Made by a program: the position numbers and the translations under genes
Source of the DNA: an uncultured Deferribacteres bacterium
GTDB taxonomy: Bacteria; Zhuqueibacterota; Zhuqueibacteria; Zhuqueibacterales; Geothermadaptataceae
Assembly (NCBI GenBank): GCA_964014485.1
Contig: CAXHAT010000127.1
Location: 1 to 23,734 of the forward strand
Length of the DNA: 23,734 nucleotides
Direction of reading: 5' to 3'
Part shown: positions 16,918-23,734 of the stretch, piece after piece
Layout of the letters: every line of letters starts with the position of its first letter
How positions within the stretch are numbered: position 1 is the first letter of the stretch
The notes under the pieces: model-generated
Database searches by the model: none
What the model saw: the letters and a program-made list of their open reading frames with translations, nothing else
What the model was told of the DNA's origin: nothing

Positions 16918-19170
16918 CTATCTGATCAATGTATGCGTGTATTTGAGCACCAGCGCGCGGCTGTTCGAAAACGGCAGGCTCGGCCCAACGAAAACATCGC
17001 GTTCCGTGTTCAAGCCTTCGTCATAAACCAGCCACAAATCGTTGCCCTCGCCAAAATGGTAACGAAATCGCGCATTGAGGCTCAGTCTATCTGTAGCGCT
17101 ATTGTACTGGAGAAATGAGTTCAGGGAGATGCGTGTATTGAGGGCTGTTCGAACGCGCAAGCGGGCCAAATGGGAATCGAATTCCTGGTCGCGATCAGAA
17201 AAACGAATCGCATTGAGGATATAGTCACCACTCAGTTCAAGATGCCTTGAAAGATTCCATCGTGGCGTCACCTGGAGCGAAGTTTTCCAGCCATCATAAA
17301 AACTGCCGGCGCGAAGCGTCACGGTAGGTCGAAAATACCAGGCGTCCGGGCTGCTCACCGACAACCAGACGTTGTGAAACCAATAACTGCCTGGGAGGAT
17401 CTGGGCGTCGTCCCGCGAGGAGAGCGAAAACGGCATGCGCACATCCTCATAGAAATGATCGGTGGAGATGAGTGCGGAGGCTCCATTCTTGAACCCAAAC
17501 CAATAGAACGGGTGCAGCCAAACGGATTGAATACTGCCATCTTCGTTGCGCCGGTAGAATCGCCCCCAATGGCCAATCCAAACACGCCTCAGAATCGATG
17601 ACTCATCTTTGAAACTCTGGTAATCGATGCTGTTCCAAACATAGGTGAAATCGTTTCGTGCCTGGAAGCCAAGGCCGGGATCGAAATCCGCCCCGGCGCG
17701 TGAATAAGTCAGATCGTAACTGAATCCCTTGATCGACCGCCTCGCCCACGAGAAGAACAATCGACTGTTACGCAGCAAGTCATCGGGCTGGTCATTCTTT
17801 TGGGTGCGCGCCATTTTGAAGGTGAGATAGTCTTGACCGACAACGCGAACGACGCCATCGAGACCGTAGGCCAGATTGTAGTCGCCGTCTGTATCGATTT
17901 TTGAGGTGAGCATCCCTCCCACTGTGGAGTTCTCGTTGAGAATCTGCCTACGCAGACGGAGCACGCCAAAATTTTCCGTCGGAACATTCTCGGACTGCGC
18001 GCCCGCCGATTTATTGGCATGCATGTTGAGAAAGCCAACATCCCAATCGTCAATTCGCCCGACCAATCGGGCCCCGCCGTAGATTCGAGTGGGATTCCCA
18101 GATGCATCAAGTCCGATACGACGGCTGTGAAAGAGTCGATTCGAATTCTCAAAGCCAAATTCAAAAATGCCTGCCCGCTCCTGAAAAAACTGACGCTTCT
18201 CAGGGAAGAAAAGCGGGAATCGCGTCAGGTTGATCTGCTGATCATCGGCCTCGACCTGGGCGAAATCCGTATTTACAGTCGCGTCGAGGGTGAGATTGCG
18301 CGCCAGATTGTACTTCGCGTCCAGGCCAATCTCCGCAGGACTTTGGCGCGTACTCTGATAGCCCGTTTGCGTCGGATTTAACTCGGCAACTTGCTCAGTT
18401 CCGCCAAGAAAATACGGTGTGAAGTAAACCGGTTTTTGGCGGTAGACGCCCTCCAGAACAACGTCTTGCGCCACCGAGGGTTTGTTTGAAGCACGCTCCC
18501 AATTGGGCGGAATGTCCGGGTAGATGTATCGCTGCCCGCCGACTGAAATCCAGCGATATGCGATCAAACCCATAACGACCCGGCCATTGTCGTCCTGAAA
18601 CGGCAAACTCGAAAACGGGATGCGGAACTCCGCCGTCCAGCCATTCTCGTTCCGCTTGGTCGCTACATCCCAATGCGTATTCCAGTCGCTGTTTGAGTCT
18701 CTGCGGCCGCCGCTGGCGTCATTCGACACAGCGATGTCGGTCCGGGTTCCGAGGGGATTTGTATAGAACCACAGCGCGTTTTCATTATCGTTGAACGTAT
18801 CAAGGACGATGGCAAATGTATCGTCTCCGCTCCACAGGTCGCGATAATACGAGTTGCCGCGAATATCATTTGTATTGTTATGAAATAGTCGTCCCGACAT
18901 GTAGATCGCTTCGTCGTCGTATGCGACGCGAATCTCGGTGCGCTCTGTCATTTCGCCTTTATAAGTCGGCTGATACATAACCAGCGGCAACGGTTCGATT
19001 TTCGTCCAGGCAGGCTCATCGATGACGCCGTCAAGCACGATTGAACCGTCAAGACGAGGAAGCGGCAAAGGACCGTTCGCTTGTAGTTGAGGAGCAGTAA
19101 GCAGCAAAAAGAGCAAAAATCTATAGCGAGAGTAAAGGTCAATTCTAAATGAACGGTTTTCTTTTGTCAT
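16918..19170 (-). CDS. CBM9-like + DUF5916 outer-membrane protein
   Basis: LDGVIDEPAW; WTAEFRIPFSSL; LDATVNTDFAQVEADDQQINLTRFPLFFPEKRQFFQE; LFHSRRIG. ATG 19170 preferred because a signal peptide follows; ORF is open to 19236. Confidence 0.88.
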   Translation of the reverse strand: MTKENRSFRIDLYSRYRFLLFLLLTAPQLQANGPLPLPRLDGSIVLDGVIDEPAWTKIEPLPLVMYQPTYKGEMTERTEIRVAYDDEAIYMSGRLFHNNTNDIRGNSYYRDLWSGDDTFAIVLDTFNDNENALWFYTNPLGTRTDIAVSNDASGGRRDSNSDWNTHWDVATKRNENGWTAEFRIPFSSLPFQDDNGRVVMGLIAYRWISVGGQRYIYPDIPPNWERASNKPSVAQDVVLEGVYRQKPVYFTPYFLGGTEQVAELNPTQTGYQSTRQSPAEIGLDAKYNLARNLTLDATVNTDFAQVEADDQQINLTRFPLFFPEKRQFFQERAGIFEFGFENSNRLFHSRRIGLDASGNPTRIYGGARLVGRIDDWDVGFLNMHANKSAGAQSENVPTENFGVLRLRRQILNENSTVGGMLTSKIDTDGDYNLAYGLDGVVRVVGQDYLTFKMARTQKNDQPDDLLRNSRLFFSWARRSIKGFSYDLTYSRAGADFDPGLGFQARNDFTYVWNSIDYQSFKDESSILRRVWIGHWGRFYRRNEDGSIQSVWLHPFYWFGFKNGASALISTDHFYEDVRMPFSLSSRDDAQILPGSYWFHNVWLSVSSPDAWYFRPTVTLRAGSFYDGWKTSLQVTPRWNLSRHLELSGDYILNAIRFSDRDQEFDSHLARLRVRTALNTRISLNSFLQYNSATDRLSLNARFRYHFGEGNDLWLVYDEGLNTERDVFVGPSLPFSNSRALVLKYTHTLIR

Positions 19171-19260
19171 CGATTGGAATTCCCGTTTGCAATCATGCAA
19201 GTTGCGCTTAGGCCTAACTGTTGACGTTAACGCCATTACAGCACAATTTTGAGTTTGTTG

Positions 19261-19326
19261 ATCCTGCGAAAATATGGGGCAACGCCCTGTAGTCAGCGAT
19301 TTGCAAGCGCGGTTTTTTCACAGGAT
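19261..19326 (-). promoter_or_regulatory. Candidate structured RNA in the leader between the RAPP ORF and the DUF5916 gene
   Basis: 12-bp closing stem AUCCUGUGAAAA/UUUUCGCAGGAU (one U-G pair on the minus strand) enclosing two small hairpins. Confidence 0.4.
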
Positions 19327-19348
19327 AATCTTGACGTCATGACACAAA

Positions 19349-19678
19349 TCAGGAGAAGGGAGGCGCTCTAATTGCGCGCTGTTCGATGCGGTGGTTGGAT
19401 AAGAAATCAGCGGGAAGAAGCGGGGAATAAATTTCGAATTGATTAAAATGCTGCGTATTGTCGGCTGGAAGCAATTGCACAAACGAGAATTGGCAGGCGA
19501 TACAGAAATCGTGCTTCGCCCAAGTGAGCATTGCTTCCGTATGGGGCTGAACAATCTCCTCCTGCACACCCGTTGTAGCAATACCGGCATGAGTATGCCA
19601 AAAATCAACGGTCCCCGCCAGTGCAGCGTATACAGTGAGGAGGAATATCGAGATTGTGGTTTTCAGATTGTTCTTCAT
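19349..19678 (-). CDS. DUF2946-like small exported protein / putative RAPP ribosome-arrest leader
   Basis: N-terminal hydrophobic segment, HTH, HDFCIAC (C59,C62), C-terminal IRAPPFS. Confidence 0.8.
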   Translation of the reverse strand: MKNNLKTTISIFLLTVYAALAGTVDFWHTHAGIATTGVQEEIVQPHTEAMLTWAKHDFCIACQFSFVQLLPADNTQHFNQFEIYSPLLPADFLSNHRIEQRAIRAPPFS

Positions 19679-20078
19679 AAGAAGTTTTTATTCAAACCAA
19701 CAAGAACTGCTCGGTAAAAATCCGCGAGAAGGAGCGTCGTTCAGCATCTCCAGAAAAATATTCGATACAACCAACTTTCGAAGTCGGAAACCAAAGAGCA
19801 AAACCATTTCAGCGTGTGACATACACCTTTCGCAAACCAGACAAATAAGCGAAATGCAGCGAGATGTAATCACGCACGACTGCGCCCAAACTCCAAGATT
19901 TTGAACTGGCTATCGACAAGCCGCACTAGCTCGCCTCAAGCCATTCCAAATTTCCGGAAGCGTCTGGTCACACGATTGAAATTTTGCAGAAAGGTTGAAA
20001 AACGTAAGCGCTAAAACAGCCGGATGGAATGCGACAACTCAGGCTTTGTGCGTTCTCTCCGGGAGAGTTTTTAGCATG

Positions 20079-20420
20079 TTAGGCAGTAAATGGGGGAGCG
20101 CGCAGAGAGCAATGTGAAGTAAGATTTTGATAATCAAGAGGCGCGGAAACGTCCAGGATCATTCCGGCTGGCGTGAACCGTATCGCAGACATGCCGACTT
20201 GCGGCGTCGCCAAGTGTGTGGAGTGGAATATACAGGCCGAACAGAGCGCAACAAAACTTCCTTGGGTCGAAGAAGATTCTTCCGGAGTGTGAGCGGTTAA
20301 GTGCCGGGCTGTTCCGACTTCAACCAAACAGTCGATATGCGCTAATTCAGCACTGAATCCCAAGAAGAGCAGAACCCCGCTCATTAGTAAAGCGAGGGTT
20401 TTTCGATTGTCTTTTCGCAT
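20079..20420 (-). CDS. DUF2946-like small exported protein / putative RAPP ribosome-arrest leader
   Basis: N-terminal hydrophobic segment, several His, CSAC (C60,C63), C-terminal LRAPPFTA. Confidence 0.8.
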   Translation of the reverse strand: MRKDNRKTLALLMSGVLLFLGFSAELAHIDCLVEVGTARHLTAHTPEESSSTQGSFVALCSACIFHSTHLATPQVGMSAIRFTPAGMILDVSAPLDYQNLTSHCSLRAPPFTA

Positions 20421-20455
20421 TGCTACAATTCGCAGTAAAGGCCTTAATTTTTTCG

Positions 20456-20484
20456 AGAATATGAAATTCTGTCTCGCCAGTCAA
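20456..20484 (-). promoter_or_regulatory. Putative sigma70 promoter for the minus-strand cluster
   Basis: TTGACT-17 nt-TATTCT, with the -10 box ending 35 nt upstream of ATG 20420. Confidence 0.5.
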
Positions 20485-20792
20485 GCAGTTTGTTGCAAAG
20501 GGGTATTTTTGATTCAATCTGCAAATGGCGGCATGAATCGCGAATTTCCCCTAGTAGACCAGCATCGCAAAAAATTGTTCAGAATTTCCAATTCGAGGTC
20601 GCCGGCTTCCTGTTTTTGCCTTGCTTCTGATTGGTAAAATCGAAGGAGCATTAACATTTATCATTTTGTCAAGCTTTTGTTTTTTCAAGCGGATTTACCA
20701 ACTAATTTGTTCATTGGACGATTTATGGTATCATCCGTCTTTAGTTCGGCGTACTCTTAAATGTTTTGAGCCAAAACATCCGTGAAATCTTC

Positions 20793-22478
20793 ATGAAATT
20801 CTTTCCCGCGCAATTCGCCCATTTTCTGCAGAGCAGAGCCAGCGTTAGAAACTTTCGGATTCTTGTTCGCTACCTCCTTGTTCTGGCTGTCATGATCATC
20901 GTCTACAGCGTTGTTTTCCACTACCTGATGGCGCGCGAAGGCCAGGAATACAGCTGGGTCACCGGGTTTTACTGGACGTTGACTGTCATGTCAACGCTTG
21001 GATTCGGCGACATCACTTTCCACTCTGACCTTGGGCGCATTTTTTCGATTTTTGTGCTGCTTTCCGGCGTTCTGTTCTTGCTGATTTTACTGCCTTTCAC
21101 ATTCATTCAATTTTTTTATGCGCCCTGGATGGAAGCGCAGCAGGCGGCGCGGGCGCCCAGAAAATTGCCCCAAAATATAAACGGCCATGTCATCATCACC
21201 CACTACGGCCCTGTGACGAGCGCTTTAATCAAGAAGCTGGAGCAATATAATTATCCTTACGTCGTGCTCGTTCCTCAGCTTGAAGAAGCGCTGCAACTTT
21301 CCGACATGGACGTCAAAGTCGTTCTTGGCGAGTTGGATGATCCGAAGACGTATCGCAAAATCCGTGTAGCGGCAGCGGCGCTGGTTGTGACTACCAGAAG
21401 CGACGTCGCCAACACCAACGTGGCGTCGACGGTGCGAGGCATAACGGAAAGCGTTCCCATCGTTTCGACGGCGCGGGACGAAGCGTCGGTTGATATTTTG
21501 CAATTGGCGGGCAGCACGCATGTGCTTCGCCTGGATGAGACGATGGGGCAATCACTGGCGCGGCGGACCATTGGCGCGGATGCAAGGTCACATTTGGTCG
21601 GCAGGTTCGACTCGCTTTTAATCGCTGAAGGCGGGGTGTCAGGAACGCCGATCGTCGGCAAAACTTTGGCGGAAAGCCGGGTGCGCGAGGTCACCGGGGT
21701 TACGGTATTAGGCGCTTGGGAGCGCGGTCAATTCCATATCGCTCAGTCGAAAATGGAAATAAAAGAGAATTTTGTTTTAATGCTGGCCGGGTCTCGTCAA
21801 GAATTGCACAAATACGACGAACTGTTTTGTATTTACCACAACGTTAAGAACCCGGTCATCATTATCGGCGGCGGACGCGTTGGCCGGGCGACAAGCCGTT
21901 TTCTCAAAAAGCGAGGGTTAGACTATCGCATCGTTGAAAAAGTGCCGGGAAGAGTTAAAGACGACGGTAAATACATTCTGGGCACGGCCGCTGATATTGA
22001 CGTTCTCAAAAAAGCCGGCGTCGACGACGCTCCGGCGGTCATCATCACCACGCACGAAGACGACGTTAACATTTATCTCGCCATTTACTGTCGCAGACTA
22101 CGACCGGATATTCAAATCATCAGTCGTGCGAATCTGGAACGCAACGTAACCACGCTGCATCGCGCCGGAGCGGACATTGTCATGTCCTACGCTTCTATGG
22201 GAGCCAACGCCGTTTTTAACTTGCTCGAACGCAGCGAAAACGTGATGATTGCCGAGGGTCTTAACGTTTTCAAGCTGAAACTTCCAGAGCAACTGGCGGG
22301 CAAGACTCTGGCGACTTCGGGAATCCGCGAAAAAACCGGCTGCAACGTCGCCGCGATAGTGCATGATCAGGAAACGCAATTCAACCCTGATCCGAATTCT
22401 GTTCTGCACCCTGATGCTGAAATCATCCTTATTGGAACAGTGGAATCAGAAGATCTATTTTTTGAGACTTATAACTGA
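20793..22478 (+). CDS. Potassium channel protein with tandem RCK (TrkA-N/TrkA-C) domains
   Basis: 2 TM + pore FYWTLTVMSTLGFGD; two Rossmann-like RCK units (second with IIGGGRVG); ATG 20793 preferred over TTG 20766. Confidence 0.92.
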   Translation: MKFFPAQFAHFLQSRASVRNFRILVRYLLVLAVMIIVYSVVFHYLMAREGQEYSWVTGFYWTLTVMSTLGFGDITFHSDLGRIFSIFVLLSGVLFLLILLPFTFIQFFYAPWMEAQQAARAPRKLPQNINGHVIITHYGPVTSALIKKLEQYNYPYVVLVPQLEEALQLSDMDVKVVLGELDDPKTYRKIRVAAAALVVTTRSDVANTNVASTVRGITESVPIVSTARDEASVDILQLAGSTHVLRLDETMGQSLARRTIGADARSHLVGRFDSLLIAEGGVSGTPIVGKTLAESRVREVTGVTVLGAWERGQFHIAQSKMEIKENFVLMLAGSRQELHKYDELFCIYHNVKNPVIIIGGGRVGRATSRFLKKRGLDYRIVEKVPGRVKDDGKYILGTAADIDVLKKAGVDDAPAVIITTHEDDVNIYLAIYCRRLRPDIQIISRANLERNVTTLHRAGADIVMSYASMGANAVFNLLERSENVMIAEGLNVFKLKLPEQLAGKTLATSGIREKTGCNVAAIVHDQETQFNPDPNSVLHPDAEIILIGTVESEDLFFETYN

Positions 22479-22648
22479 TGTTACGCACTCTTGAAAATTT
22501 CTCAAGCAGCACCAAAGAAACGTCGCTTTTACGTCATTCCCGCGCAGGCGGGAATCCAGTCAATCGTGCGCAGCCCCTGGATTCCCGCCTGCGCGGGAAT
22601 GACTTTAACAGGAGTTTCTTTGGCTTCATAGCTGGCGCGTAACATCAG
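22475..22648. mobile_element. MITE with CTGATGTTACGC ends (copy 3)
   Basis: Perfect 12-bp TIR; direct repeat TTATAA at 22469..22474 and 22649..22654. Confidence 0.88.
22533..22603. repeat. Perfect 27-bp inverted repeat of ATTCCC-N8-GGGAAT (dRS3/RPE-like) units
   Basis: GTCATTCCCGCGCAGGCGGGAATCCAG ... CTGGATTCCCGCCTGCGCGGGAATGAC. Confidence 0.9.
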
Positions 22649-22681
22649 TTATAACTAACAAACCAAACTCGAGGGAAAAAC

Positions 22682-23690
22682 ATGGCTTCTGAAAGCAAAA
22701 TGAATCGACGCACATTTCTTGAAACGTCTTCAGCCGCGATGGCCGCGACGATTGTCCCGAGATATGTTTTGGGCGGCCCGAATTACGTCGCGCCAAGCGA
22801 CAAAGTCAACATTGGCTATATCGGAACAGGTACGCAGGGGATTCGCGTGTTAATGGATGTTTTGCGCAAAGAAAACACGCACGTGGCTGCGATCTGCGAC
22901 GTAAACGAGGACTCACAGGATTATATCGAATGGTTCAAGGACGAATTGAAGCTCAAAATGCGTCAATTTCTGGACGAACCGAAATGGGGCGAGGGCGACG
23001 AGGGCTGTCGCGCCGGACGTAAGGTCGGGCAGGAATTGGTGGAAACGTATTATGCCAAACAGCGCAAGAAAGAAAAGTACCAAGGTTGTAACGCCTACGC
23101 TGATTTTCGCGAGTTGCTGGAGCAGGAAAAAGATCTCGACGGCGTTTGTATTTTGACGCCGGAACACACCCACGCCGCGATTGCCATCGCTGCCATGCGC
23201 AAGGGCAAGCACGTGATCACGCACAAGCCAGTCTCGAATGTGCTGGCTGAAGTGCGGATGTGTGAAGCCGTCGCCGCTGAAACAAAGGTGGCAACGCACA
23301 TGTTTTGCTCGGCGGACGTCCACACAACCCCGTTGCTTTGCGAATGGATTTGGAGCGGCGCGATTGGTCAAGTGCGAGAAGTTCACAACTGGAGCATCCG
23401 CCCGTTCTGGCCGCAAGGCATGGCGTCTTTCCCGACGGAAACGCCGCCGATTCCGGAAGGCTTTGACTGGGATTTATGGCTCGGCCCGGCGGCTTACCGG
23501 CCTTACCATCCGGCCTACACGCACGCCGCTTTTCGAGGCTGGTACGACTTTGGCACCGGCGCGCTTGGCGACATGGGGCATTACAGCAATTATCAGATTT
23601 TCAAAATTCTCAAGCTTGGCGCGCCAAGTTCGGTTGAAGCCAGCCGCAGCGTTTATTGGACATTTGAAAACGGGCTTTGGGGCAAAGAGG
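22682..23690 (+). CDS. Tat-exported Gfo/Idh/MocA family oxidoreductase (3'-truncated)
   Basis: Manual translation: MASESKMNRRTFL (Tat), NIGYIGTGTQG, AICDVN, YADFRELLE, TPEHTH, GKHVITHKP, LDWDLWLGPA, GALGDMGHY; GAGGG RBS; runs into the adapter. Confidence 0.92.
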
Positions 23691-23734
23691 CTGTCTCTTA
23701 TACACATCTGACGCTGCCGACGAGCTTCTTGGTG
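23691..23734 (-). other. Nextera adapter read-through (mosaic end + s5 + probable 8-nt index + start of P5)
   Basis: CTGTCTCTTATACACATCT GACGCTGCCGACGA GCTTCTTG GTG. Confidence 0.97.

Noticed and set aside
19187..19207. Zur/Fur box (TTGCAATCATGCAAGTTGC)
   Set aside because: Short imperfect palindrome, not repeated elsewhere in the cluster, and the host lineage's motif is unknown
19318..19608. Alternative 96-aa ORF overlapping the RAPP ORF
   Set aside because: No recognisable motifs, while the 19349..19678 frame has signal peptide, CxxC and RAPP
1..23709. Whole window as a Tn5/IS50 composite transposon bounded by inverted 19-bp ends
   Set aside because: These are the synthetic mosaic end with Illumina s5 sequence attached, and there is no transposase
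22913..23711. ORF-track entries in this interval
   Set aside because: Shadow frames of the Gfo/Idh/MocA gene, two of them running into adapter sequence

Overview
Bacterial contig with Nextera adapter remnants at both ends (1..19 and 23691..23734). About 19 kb (1288..20420) is one minus-strand cluster that looks like a transition-metal homeostasis locus. In transcription order it holds: two small secreted-type ORFs, each with CxxC and a C-terminal RAPP motif (DUF2946/CruR/CutF-like ribosome-arrest leaders); two DUF5916-type (CBM9-like + beta-barrel) outer-membrane proteins; a CxxC lipoprotein (DUF3299-like); a zrgBC-like ABC ATPase and His/Asp-rich permease; a second DUF3299-like protein; a MerC-domain protein; an ABC ATPase; a His-rich CDF transporter; two DUF3526 permeases; and a second complete ATPase + 2x DUF3526 module. 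A third, 5'-truncated DUF5916 gene converges from the left. On the right are a divergent RCK-gated K+ channel and a truncated Tat-exported Gfo/Idh/MocA oxidoreductase. Four intergenic gaps contain non-autonomous mobile elements (MITEs), most with readable terminal repeats and target duplications, several nested and carrying REP-like hairpins. No rRNA, tRNA, CRISPR array or intact transposase was seen. Family names come from motif recognition by eye, not database searches.
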